Assembly (NCBI RefSeq): GCF_006345805.1
Contig: NC_043004.1
Location: 40,982,001-41,046,000 of the forward strand
Direction: 5' to 3'
DNA length: 64,000 nt
DNA from: Octopus sinensis
Lineage: Eukaryota
Part shown: in pieces, positions 27,371 to 38,956 of the stretch
Layout: each line of letters opens with the position of its first letter
How positions within the stretch are numbered: position 1 is the first letter of the stretch
Program-made: the position numbers and the translations under genes
Notes under the pieces: model-generated
The model's input: only the letters and a program-made list of their open reading frames with translations
What the model was told of the DNA's origin: nothing
Databases searched by the model: none

Positions 27371-27652
27371 CAGGGCCTCCAAGAGAAATTTTGCAACGCA
27401 ATACAAGATCCCTTTGGAGCTCTGGGCTGTAGGTAGATACTCTTGATGTTATATGTCCATACAACTAGGTCTACAATAATTAACAATAAACACTAATAAA
27501 AAGACGTGTAGTGTGAATGTATGTTGAGCTGGAGGTAGTAGAAAGTGCTTGGTTTAGAGGGGAAACGGATGTAGCATGGTTACTGTGGGGCCCTCCTTAG
27601 CCCTTGGGCCCTGGAACAAAGTACCAGCTGGACCCCACTCCTGGAGGCCCTG
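27371..27652. mobile_element. hAT-like MITE inserted in a family B SINE
   Basis: TIRs CAGGGCCTCCA / TGGAGGCCCTG. Imperfect 8-bp TSD GTCTCACC / GTCTTGCC. Confidence 0.7.
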
Positions 27653-27877
27653 GTCTTGCCCTTCCTCCCAAATTTCAGGTTTTGTGCCTATATGAGAAAA
27701 ATTTATTATTATTATTATTATTATTGATATTTAGGGTGTTTGTTATTGTTTGACCCATCTTTGATTGAATAGTTCTTTTTTAATCAAAGGATATTCAAGC
27801 CAATATAATCTTGGCTTTTACTCTTTCAAGAAAAGTATAACCCAGGTGAAATTATCCAAAATGTGACCCCATCCTTG

Positions 27878-27937
<60 letters not shown>

Positions 27938-28974
27938 CAGGTTTCTTTCAGTGTCCATCTACCAAATCCACTTACAAGCTTTTGGTAGGCCTGAGGCTAT
28001 AGTAGAAGACACTTGCCCAAAGTGCCACGCAGTGGAACCTTATTGTTGGGAAGCAAGCTTCTCACCACACAGCCAAGCCTGCATCTTCTTTTATTTTATT
28101 TGTTTTTGTTTTTGTTTTTGTAAGGAAAGAAGAAATTAACGATGACATCAACATTGTTTGATGAAAACCCAGAAGGTTTTAAATCTTAAATCATCTTATT
28201 TGTAAAGATATTGCATGCTTCATCAACTTTCTTACAAAATCTAATCATCCTCTTTTCTTCTTATATAATACAAGTTTACTGAAGTATTTTGAAATAAAAT
28301 TAGGAGAAAAAACATTGTGAGAAAGCTAAGCAATACTTTGTAACTTCCAAATAATATTTAACACAATAAAGTTAGCATTTCCTTTTACTAACACTTCTTT
28401 TTCCTACTTTTATTCCACATTTCTGTTCATTATTTACTAAAGCACAATTACTCCAACAACCTCTAGTTATATAAATTTAGTTTGTCATGTCTTGGAAGAA
28501 GAGCATCAATTTAACTGAACTGAAGTTCTTACAACAAAGCAGACTAAAGTAAAACATGCAACCCAGTTTCATATTATTTCTTGAACCCTGGGTACCTTTG
28601 ATGTAGTTCTTGGGTAGGAGGCCTTACATCATCTGGCCCTCAAGTCTCTTTAGAATCCTTTTAAAAGTGCTCGAACCCGAAAACCAGTTCAAAGATAACA
28701 AAGACTCAAGTCAGGCTGTCCATTTATAACTCTTCATTAGTTGTACAACTGATTGTCAGAAAGTTCTTGGTGGCATGAGGTAGGGCATATTTTCTCATGG
28801 AGGCCCAGGTTCAGACACCTGAAGGCACCTTGGGTAAATGTCTCCTATTATAGCTTTGGCCCAACCAAAGCCTTGTAAGTGGATTTGGTAGGCAGAAACT
28901 GAAAGCAGCTCATCATGTGTGTGTGTGTGTGTGTATACACATACATATACGTACATATGTATATATATATATAT

Positions 28975-29828
28975 ATAATAGAAATATTAAAATTACTAAG
29001 TCTCTCTAAAAGAGAACAACGGCAGCGTTCCCGGAAAATATTAGTTATCGCCATACTAATATGGCATTCTTATAAAAATAAGAATAATTAGTATGGCGAT
29101 AACTAATATTTTCCGGGAACGCTGCCGTTGTTCTCTTTTAGAGAGACTTAGTAATTTTAATATTTCTATTATTGAAAACAAGTGGATGTATTCCACCGAA
29201 GCTAGGTAAATAAAACCTTTGAACAGAGATTGTAAGAAGCGACACCTACTGGTATGGCTACGCTGCATTGAAAAGGGGCAATACCCCGAAACGCGTCTGT
29301 AGCTGCCAGCCAAGTAGTGTGGAGCGACTGACCTCCCTTGTTCAAAGGTTATATGGATACAGTTTGTGTATCAAATAGCTAACTTAAGGCGATGGCCTCA
29401 TGGAGCTAATAAGCGGACAGCATTATTCTTATTTTTATAAGAATGCCATATTAGTATGGCGATAACTAATATTTTCCGGGAACGCTGCCGTTGTTCTCTT
29501 TTAGAGGGACTTAGTAATTTTAATATTTCTATTATTGAAAACAAGTGGATGTATTCCACCGAAGCTAGGTAAATAAAACCTTTGAACAGAGATTGTCAGA
29601 AGCGACACCTACTGGTCTGGCTACGCTGCATTGAAAAGGGGCAATACCCCGAAACGTGTCTGTAGCTGCCGGCCAAGTAGTGTGGAGCGACTGACCTCCC
29701 TTGTTCAAAGGTTATATGGATACAGTTTGTGTATCAAATAGCTAACTTAAGGCGATGGCCTCATGGAGCTAATAAGCGGACAGCATTATTCTTATTTTTA
29801 TAAGAATGCCATATTAGTATGGCGATAA
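28975..29828 (+). mobile_element. Non-autonomous Penelope-like or retrozyme-like unit: 363-bp tandem repeat with inverted 5' arm
   Basis: TTAGTATGGCGATAAC at 29088, 29451 and 29814 (period 363). 28975-29088 is the reverse complement of the unit junction. Hammerhead-like fold at 29257-29303 and again one period later. Confidence 0.75.
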
Positions 29829-29833
29829 CAATA

Positions 29834-29871
<38 letters not shown>

Positions 29872-29875
<4 letters not shown>

Positions 29876-30930
29876 GGTATGTAGAAAAATACAACATGGA
29901 CAAGAACGTATAACTCATAGAGACGATACAATAACACATGGACAGGACATTCGAACCCCTCAGTCTTCAGTCAAGAACCGGATCATCGTAGTAATTTCGG
30001 CTGATTAATCTTGAGATTACTAGATCACGGCCAGCCCTCCAAGAAAAACTAAGCTGGAAGCGTAGATTTCCTGGAAGAAGGATCGAATGCATACGAACAC
30101 CAGGACAGCAAAAGGGACAGATATAGAAAAAACAAAAAACAATAATGGAATACAGAAACATGAAATACAGAAGCATTAACGGTGAAAACAACAAGTGTCT
30201 TACGACTGATAACAAGCAAACAAATTTTTTCTCTGGCGCATTGGAAAAAGCCTTTATAGCGGCGGACGAAGAACAACGATGTTAACACACGACGAGGGTC
30301 AGAGCTGAAAGCAGATTTCGGCCAACAGTCACGTGACAGAGAAGAGGGAAAGAAAAGAAAGAGAAGCAAAGGGAGAGAGAGAGAGAAAAGGGGGACAAAA
30401 CGCAACAAAGAGAGAGAAGAGAGAGAAAGAAGGAATCAGAGAGGAGAAGGGATGGGTGTCGAAGAATGACCTGTGAGTGCAGAGCGAGACAAAGAAATAG
30501 GAAGGTAGTGGAAGACTAGACCAAAGGATCAGAGGAAAGAGAAGATGAATAGAGAGAAAGTAAAAATGAGAGAGAGAGAGAGACAAACAGAGAGTCGTAC
30601 CAATTATTAAGAATATGTGTTCACATTAATGATAAAGGGGGTACGGGGCGCCTGGAATATATGTTAAGGTATAGAAAAATACAACATGGACAAGAACGTA
30701 TAACTCATAGAAGCGATACAATAAACATGGACAGGACATTCGAACCCCTCAGTCTTCAGTCAAGAACCGGATCATCGTAGTAATTTCGGCTGATTAATCT
30801 TGAGATTACTAGATCACGGCCAGCCCTCCAAGAAAACTAAGCTGGAAGCGTAGATTTCCTGGAAGAAGGATCGAATGCATACGAACACCAGGACAGCAAA
30901 AGGGACAGATATAGAAAAAAAAAAAAAAAT
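29872..30930 (-). mobile_element. Unclassified ~790-bp element with ~260-bp direct repeats (PLE-like partial tandem, or TRIM-like)
   Basis: TTAAGGTAT...CAGATATAGAAAAAA at 29872-30133, repeated at 30664-30930 (period 792). Flanked by (TA)n. Confidence 0.6.
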
Positions 30931-30958
30931 ATATATATAATATATATATATATTATTA

Positions 30959-30991
<33 letters not shown>

Positions 30992-31290
30992 CATATATAT
31001 ATATATATATATAAAATTAGAAAATGGAGAAACATATATATTGGATATATATTATCCCATGGTGGGTTGAATTTTCAACCCCTATCTCATTTTATAATAT
31101 ACTACTAGCTGTTCGGCAAAGAGACCGATAGAATAAGTACTGGGCTTACAAAGAATAAGTCCCGGGGTCGATTTGCTCGACTAAAGGCGGTGCTCCAGCA
31201 TGGCCGCAATCAAATGACTGAAACAAATAAAAGAGAAAAAAGAGAAATATATATATATATACACATGCATACATACATACATACATGCTT

Positions 31291-31378
31291 ATGTATACTA
31301 AAATTGGAACGATACAGAAAAGATTAGCATGGCCCCTGTGCAAGGAGACATGCAAATTTGTGAAGTGTTCCATATTTT
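31291..31378 (+). pseudogene. U6: U6 snRNA-derived sequence (5' stem-loop absent) fused to a SINE
   Basis: TATACTAAAATTGGAACGATACAGAAAAGATTAGCATGGCCCCTGTGCAAGGAGACATGCAAATTTGTGAAGTGTTCCATATTTT matches U6 from about nt 20 to the 3' end. ACAGAGA box mutated to ACAGAAA. Confidence 0.93.
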
Positions 31379-31750
31379 AGGTGCAGGAGTGGCTGTGTGA
31401 TAAGTAGCTTATCTGGGTTCAGTCCCACTGCATGGCACCTTGGACTATAGCTTCTACTATAGCCTCAGGCAGACCAAAGCCTTGTGAGTGGATTTTGGTA
31501 GACAGAACTGAAAGAAGCCTGTAGTATATATATATATATATATGTGTGTGTTTGTGTGTCTGTGTTTGTCCCCACACAATCACTTATCAATCGATGTTGG
31601 TGTGTTTACATGCCCATAACCTAGCGGTTCAGCAAAAGACACCAATAGAATAAGTACTAGGCTTACAAAGAATAAGTCCTCGGTTGATTTGTTCGACTAA
31701 AGGCAGTGCTGCTCTAGCATGGCTGCAGTCAAAATGAATGAAACAAATAA
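31379..31750 (+). mobile_element. Family A SINE variant attached to the U6 3' end
   Basis: Starts directly after CCATATTTT. Carries a ~20-bp deletion between A and B boxes and other diagnostic changes shared only with 40033-40241. Confidence 0.88.
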
Positions 31751-31784
31751 AAAAATATATACATACATACATATGTATATATAT

Positions 31785-31827
<43 letters not shown>

Positions 31828-31934
31828 TATATTATATATATATATATGTATATATATATTATAGTATATATATATATATATGTATATGTATATATATACA
31901 TATGTATATATATATATATATATACATACATATG

Positions 31935-32803
31935 TCATCATCATCATCATCATCATCATTTAGCGTCCGTTTTCCATGCTAGCATGGGTTGGACGGTTCT
32001 ACTGGGGTCTGTGAAGCCAGAAGGCTTCATCAGGCCCAGTCAAATCTGGCAGTGTTTCTAACGGCTGGATGCCCTTCCTAACGCCAGCCACTCCGTGAGT
32101 GTAGGGGTGCTTTTTACGTGCCACCCGCACTGGTGCCAGACAGAGCTGGCAACGGCCACGAACGGATGGTGCTCTTTATGTGCCACCGGCACGAGGGCCA
32201 GGCGAGGCTGGCAACGGACACGAAACGGGGCGGTGCTGGCAACGGTCGCGAAACGAAAGTTCTCTTACATGCCACCGGCACTGGTAACACATCTGCAATT
32301 TCCATTGATCGATTTCCATTGATCGATTTCGATTCTGATCCTCACTTGCCTCAATGGGTCTCACAGCAGAGTTTCGACATGCCACCGGCACTGGTAGCAC
32401 ATCCTCCGCAATTTCCATTGATCGATTTCGATTCTGATCCTCACTTGCCTCAACACGTCTTCACAAGTAGAGTTTTGTGTCCCAAGAAGGGAAGGTATGC
32501 ATACGTAGGCTGGCTCCATCCCATGTAGAAGGCCACGGGTTGTGGACTCACTGTCCTGCCGGGTCTTCTCGCGCACAGCACACTTCCAGAGGTCTCGGTC
32601 TCTAGTCATTTCCTCAGTGAGACCTAAAGTTCGAAGGTCGTGCTTCACCACCTCGTCCCAGGTTTTCCTGGGTCTGCCTCTTCCACAGGTTCCCTCAACC
32701 GCTAGGGTGTGGCACTTTTTCACACAACTATCTTCATCCATTCTCGCCACATGACCATACCAGCGCAAACGTCTCTCTTGCACACCACAACTGATGCTTC
32801 TTA
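31935..32803 (-). mobile_element. 5'-truncated RTE LINE (ORF C-terminus, 3' UTR and tail)
   Basis: LRSISCGVQERRLRWYGHVARMDED...RKTWDEVVKHDLRTLGL, then VNTR and (ATC)n. Both ends abut (TA)n. Internal ~80-bp duplication at about 32270-32455. Confidence 0.9.
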
Positions 32804-32804
32804 G

Positions 32805-32842
<38 letters not shown>

Positions 32843-33269
32843 TACATACATATACATATGTATATACTCTTTACTCTTTTACTTGTTTCAGTCATTTGAC
32901 TGCGGCCATGCTGGAGCACCACCTTTACTCGAGCAAATCGACCCCGGGACTTATTCTTTGTAAGTCCAGTACTTATTCTATCGGTCTCTTTTGCCGAACC
33001 GCTAAGTGACGGGGACGTAAACACACCAGCATCGGTTGTCAAGCAATGCTAGGGGGACAAACACAGACACACAAACATATAAACACACACTTATATATAT
33101 ATATACATAATACGACAGGCTTCTTTCAGTTTCTGTCTACCAATCCACTCACAAGGCATTGGTCAGCCCGGGCTATAGCAGAAGACACTTGCCCAAGATG
33201 CCACGCAGTGGGACTGAACCGGAACCATGTGGTTGGTTAGCAAGCTACTTACCACACAGCCACTCTTGC

Positions 33270-33327
<58 letters not shown>

Positions 33328-33330
<3 letters not shown>

Positions 33331-36300
33331 TCATCATCATCATCATCATCGTTTAACGTCCGCTTTCCATGCTAGCAAGGGTTGGACGGTTCAACTGGGG
33401 TCTGGCAAGCCCGAAGGCTGCACCAGGCCAGTCAGATCTGGCAGTGTTTCTACAGCTGGATGCCCTTCCTAACGCCAACCACTCCGAGAGTGTAGTGGGT
33501 GATTTTATGTGCCACCGACACAGGTGCCAGACGAGGCTGGCAGACGGTCACGCTTGAATGGTGATTTTTATGTGCCACCGACACAGGTGCCAGACGAAGC
33601 TGGCAGACAGCCACGCTCGGATGGTGTTTTTTATGTGCCACCGACACAGGTGCCAGACGAGGCTGGCGAACGGCTACGATCGGATGGTGTTTGTTACGTG
33701 CCCACAGCACGGGGCCGCGGTACTGGCTACGGTCCCGTTCGGATGGTTTTCTTATGTGCCACCGGCACTGGTACCACAAGGATACAAATTCCATTGATGT
33801 TCATCTATTTGATTTGATTCGATTTGACTTGACTTTCACTTGCCTCAACAGGTCTTCACAAGTATCACAAGCAGGAAGGTATGCACAGGTGGACTGACTA
33901 CGTCCCAGGTAGGCCATGGTTATGGCTTCACTAGTCTTGCCGGGTCTTCTCACGCACATACTTCCATAGGTCTCGGTCTCTAGTCATTTCCATGGTGAGA
34001 CCTAACGTTCGAAGGTCGTGCTTCACCACCTCGTCCCAGGTTTTCCTGGGTCTACCTCTTCCACAGATTCCCTCAACTGCTAGAGATTGGCACTTTCTCA
34101 CACACCTATCTTCATCCATTCTCGCCACATGACCATACCAGCGCAATCGTCTCTCTTGCACACAACAACTGATGCTTCTTAGGTACAACATTTCTCTCAA
34201 GGAACTAACGCTCTGTCGAGTAAGTACACTGACATTACACATCCATCGGAGCATACTGGCTTCATTCCTCATGAGCTTACGCATGTCCTCAGCAGTCACG
34301 GCCCATGTTTCACTGCCATGTAGCATGGCAGTTCGTGCACATGCATCATACAGTCTGGCCTTTACTCTGAGCGAGAGGCCTTTTGTCACCAGCAGAGGTA
34401 AGAGCTCCCTAAACTTTGCCCAGGCTATTCTTATTCTAGCAGTTACACTCTCAGCGCACCCACCCCCACTACTGACTTGGTCACCTAGATAACGGAAGCT
34501 ATCAACTACTTCTAATTTTTCCCCTTGCAAAGTGACGGAAGTTGTTTTCTGCAGATCTTCGGAGGTCAATGCTCCTGAGCATCTGCCACATACAAAAACT
34601 ATCTTCCCAGTTAGCCTACCTTTGACATTGCTGCACCTCTTATGAGTCCATAGCTTACACTGGGTACATCTTATAGAGTTTCTACCAACACCTTTTCTAC
34701 AGATCGAGCAGGGCCATCTTCCTGAGGACATTTGTGGATTGTCTACCTTTCTACTTATTAGTACTTTGGTTTTAGCTAGGTTGACTCTAAGGCCCCTCGA
34801 TTCTAAACCCTCCTTCCACATCTGGAACTTCTCCTCCAGTTCTGATAGTGACTCAGCAATTAGAGCGAGGTCGTCAGCATAGAGGAGCTCCTGGAGGACT
34901 ATGATAAATAGGAGGGGGCTGAGTACTGAACCCTGGTGGACCCCAACCTCTACTTTGAATTTCTCTGTGTACATGTTGCCAACCCTAACCTTACTTACGG
35001 CATCTCTGTACATGGCTTGCACAGCCCTCACCAGCCATTCATCTATTCCTAGTTTCCTCATTGACCACCAGATGAGGGATCGGGGGACCCTATCAAAGGC
35101 TTTCTCCATGTCAACGAAAGCCAGGTACAGGGGCTTATCTTTGACTAGGTATTTCTCCTGCAGCTGCCTTACCAGGAATATAGCATCAGTGGTGCTTTTC
35201 CCTGGCATGAACCCAAACTGCATCTCATCTAAACTAACTCTCTCTCTAATTAGTTGGGCTATGACCCTCTCCGTAACCTTCATTACCTGATCCAACAGCT
35301 TGATACCTCTGTAATTATTTGTATCTAGGGCATCACCTTTACCTTTGTAGCAGTTGACTAGTATGCTGCTACACCAGTCATTGGGTATGACTCCTTCGTG
35401 TATCACCTGGTTGACTATACGGGTGACTAGGTTATAGCCGACATTGCCAGATATTTCGAGCATCTCTGCAGTAATTCCTGATGGGCCTGGGGCTTTCCCT
35501 GTCTTCATGCTTCTAATTGCCTTAGCTACCACGGAACTATCAACTCGGATAGCTGGTCCCTCTGTTGGGTCAACATCCGGCAGACTCTCTTTATCTCATT
35601 CATTTTCTTTATTCAGCAACCTTTCATAGTGGCATCTCCAAACCTCTCTCTTTACATCCTCATTTAGCGCAAGTGAACCATCATCCATGCGAACACACTT
35701 CTCTCCTACCACATCACGATTCTCTCTCACACACTGTCTTGCAACACGAAATACCTCAAGTCTTTCATCCTCACGGCGCAGAACATTGGCAAATTTATTC
35801 TTATCCGCTTCCCCTCTGGCTAAATAGACCTGTCTCCTAGCTTCCCTTCTGGCTGTCTGATACAATTCCCTGCACCACCACCGTTCTTCCAGTCCTTCCA
35901 AGCCTGTCTCTTTTGTCTAATAGCCCTGTCAACCACAGTGTTCCACCACCATGTTACTCTGGGTCGAGATGGTACTTTGCTCCATCCCAGATCTGGTCAG
36001 GGCTGTCAGTAGATTGTCTCGTAGAAATCTCCAGTTGTCTTCCACATTAAGTGAAGCTATATCCCCTTCTATTTCGTCAAAGGCTTTGAGTATATGTCTC
36101 TAAATCTCTGTCCATTTGCAGGATCTTTAAGCTTCCAGACGACCCTTCTCCTCCAAGCTGGTCTTCTTCTGGGCAACCATTTAGCTCTGATCCTGAAGTC
36201 GCTAACTACTAATCTATGTTGAGAGTACATTCTTCGCCTGGAAAGGTTTTGGCATTTATAATCAGCCCTCTTTCCCTTTTTCTGGCAAGGATGTACAATC

Positions 36301-36779
36301 TGGCTGGTGTGTCTGCCAGAACGGTAGGTGACTAGGTGAGAGGTGGGTTTCCTGAAGTTGGTATTGCAGACCATAAGGTCATTTGCATCGCAGAACTCCA
36401 GCAGCCTGGTTCCCTCCTCATTACGAGAGCCAAAACCGTAGCCTCCATGGACGCCATGGAAGCCCCCGACATGCCGTCCGACATGTCCATTGAAATCACC
36501 TGCCACGAAGAGAAGGTCACTGTCATTTGTCAACGAGGTAATCCGCAATAGGGTGTCATAGAATTGGTCTTTTTGTCCTTCTGGTAGTCCTGGTTGAGGG
36601 GCATATGCCGAGATGATGGTAGCTGTCCTGTGGTGAAGGACTAATCTAATTTTAATTACTCTGTCACTTACTCTGACTACTTCGATTACCTTACCCACCC
36701 ATTTCTCTGCAAGAAGTATACCCACGCCCCCGACCCCGTCAGTGTTCCCTGCCCAGAAAATCTTGTACCTGTGTTACAA
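33328..36779 (-). mobile_element. RTE-clade LINE, 5'-truncated within the endonuclease, frameshifted
   Basis: APE motifs (GVGILLAEKW, ISAYAPQ, AGDFNGHVG, N.EG.RLLEFC) at 36069-36779. RT motifs (KAPGPSG, YRGIKLL, QFGF, AFVDMEKAFDRVP, GVHQGSVLSPLLF, LLYADDL) at 33931-35532. 3' UTR with VNTR and (GAT)n tail. Confidence 0.95.
33931..35532 (-). pseudogene. RTE ORF2 reverse-transcriptase remnant (533 aa open) with PHD-type finger
   Basis: See ORF track. Apparent in-frame deletion between LLFIIVLQ and ELLYADD. C-x2-C-x10-C-x2-C-x4-H-x2-C-x14-C-x2-C at 34579-34710. Confidence 0.9.
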
Positions 36780-36800
36780 GATATATATATATATATATAT

Positions 36801-36946
36801 ATGGCGTTAGGAAGGGCATCCAGCTGTAGAAACACTGCCAGATCTGACTGGCCTGGTGCAGCCTTCGGGCTTGCCAGACCCCAGTTGAACCGTCCAACCC
36901 ATGCTAGCATGGAAAGCGGACGTTAAACGATGATGATGATGATGAT
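36801..36946 (+). mobile_element. RTE 3' tail in opposite orientation at the 5' end of the long RTE
   Basis: Reverse complement of 33340-33478, with one mismatch that I can see. Confidence 0.9.
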
Positions 36947-38459
36947 ACACACATGTGTGTGTGTCTTTGTGTCTGTGTTTTTCCCCACCACTACCATTTG
37001 ACAACCAGTGTTGGTGTGTTTATATCCCTGTAACGTGGCAGTTCAGCAAAAAAAAAAAGAAAAGAGAGACCAATAGAATAAGTACCAGGCTTAAAACACA
37101 AAATAAGTAGCGCAGTCAATTCATTCAGCTAAAAATTCTGCAAAAGTACTGCCCCAGCATGGCCGCAGTCAAATGACTGAAACAAGTAAAAGATAGAAAA
37201 TACGAGAAAGTTCAAAATTTTAAACAGCAGGAGTGGCTGTGTGGTAAGTAGCTTGCTAACCAACCACATGGTTCCGGGTTCAGTCCCACTGCGTGGCATC
37301 TTGGGCAAGTGTCTTCTGCTATAGCCTCGGGCCGACCAAAGCCTTGTGAGTGGATTTGGTAGACGGAAACTGAAAAGAAGCCTGTCGTATATATGTATAT
37401 ATATATATGTATGTGTGTGTATGTGTTTGTGTGTCTGTGTTTGTCCCTCTAGCATTGCTTGACAACCGATGCTGGTGTGTTTACGTCCCCGCCACTTAGC
37501 GGTTCGGCAAAAGAGACCGATAGAATAAATACTGGGCTTCCAAAGAATAAGTCCCAGGGTTGATTTGCTCGACTAAAAGGCGGTGCTCCAGCATGGCCGC
37601 AGTCAAATGACTGAAACAAGTAAAAGAGTATATCTTCCCCATGCAGCGGTTACACATACGGACATAGTAAACTGTAAACTATAAACTGTATTTCTACCAC
37701 CACGAACAGAAGCTTGTTAATTCCTTCATCACTGATATTTTCCACTTCCTCCTGCTTTCTTTTCAACTAGTACTCTAATGGCTTCTGCTCTTTTGAACTT
37801 ACAAGCTGCATACCATTTAATGACAAAAGTTTATTTCTCTGAACTTTTGTCATTAATATCAATATCTTGACTGGAACTACCATCATCTTACATCTTCATA
37901 GTTCCAAGAACTCTATTAGTACATTGTAAGATCAAAAACAATTTCTGCTATTGTTTATGTTAATTCCGTTTTATAATGTTGGTACAACACTACAAATTAA
38001 CCTTTTTTTTATACCTGTTCATCTGATACTATGAAGGTTAAGGCGGCAAGATGGCAGAAATGTTAGCACGCCGGGCGAAATGCTTAGTGGTATTTTGTCT
38101 GTCATTACGTTCTGAGTTCAAAATCCGCCGAGGCTAACTTTGCCTTTCATCCTTTCAGGGTCGATGAATTAAGTACCAGTTATGCACTGGGGTCAGTATA
38201 ATCGACTTAATCCCTTTGTCTGTCCTTGTTTGTCCTCTCCATGTTTAGCCCCTTGTGGGTAGTAAAGAAATAGGTATTTTGTCTGTCATTACGTTGTGAG
38301 TTCAAATTCCGCCGAGGCTAACTTTGCCTTTCGTCCTTTCAGGGTCCATGAATTAAGTACCAGTTACGCACTGGGGTTGATGTAATTGATTTAATACCTA
38401 AGTCTGTCCTTGTTTGTCCCCTCTATGTTTAGCCCCTTGTGGGCAATAAAGAAATAGGT

Positions 38460-38770
38460 ATATGGCTTGGTGGTTAGGGTATTTGGCTCACAATCGTATG
38501 GTTGTGAGTTCAATTCCCAGTGACACATTGTGTTCTTCAGCAAGACACTTTATTTCATGTCACTCCAGTCCACCCAGCTGGCAAAAATGAGCAGTACCTG
38601 TATTTCAAAGGGCCAGCCTCATTACACTCTGTGTCACGCTGATTCTCCCTAAGAACTAAGGGTACACATATCTGTGGAGTGCTCAGCCAGTTGCACGTTA
38701 ATTTCACGAGCAGGCTGTTCTGCTGATCAGATCAACTGGAACCCCCGTCATTATAACCAACAGAATACCA
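38460..38770 (+). mobile_element. CORE-like tRNA SINE (related copies 7900-8170 -, 44030-44260 +, 48680-48990 +)
   Basis: tRNA head, then AGCAAGACACTTTATTTCA...CTCCAGTCCAC(C/T)CAGCTGGCAAAAATGAG. Confidence 0.75.
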
Positions 38771-38956
38771 TCTGATACTGCCTCCAGATTCTATCATACA
38801 AACTTCCTGTTTGAAATGAACTAAATTATAATCTTTCCATTAAAATTTCTTGTCATTTTATGTTCATAACACCAGCTTACTACTGATGAAGTTATTTTAC
38901 TAAATTCTTCATTATTTAAAAATTTTGTGCAGAAATATACTGACAAAAGGGTTTAA

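Noticed and set aside
31291-31378. Functional U6 snRNA gene
   Set aside because: 5' stem-loop missing, ACAGAGA box mutated, one-base deletion, and upstream sequence is microsatellite or SINE tail rather than a PSE/TATA promoter.
1426-33356. Many YIYI/THTH/CVCV-rich ORFs in the track
   Set aside because: Translations of (TA)n, (CA)n and (TG)n tracts and SINE bodies; no coding signal.
33931-35532. Active autonomous LINE or host RT gene
   Set aside because: 5'-truncated in the endonuclease, with frameshifts or stops between 35532 and 36100 and an apparent deletion just before the YADD motif.
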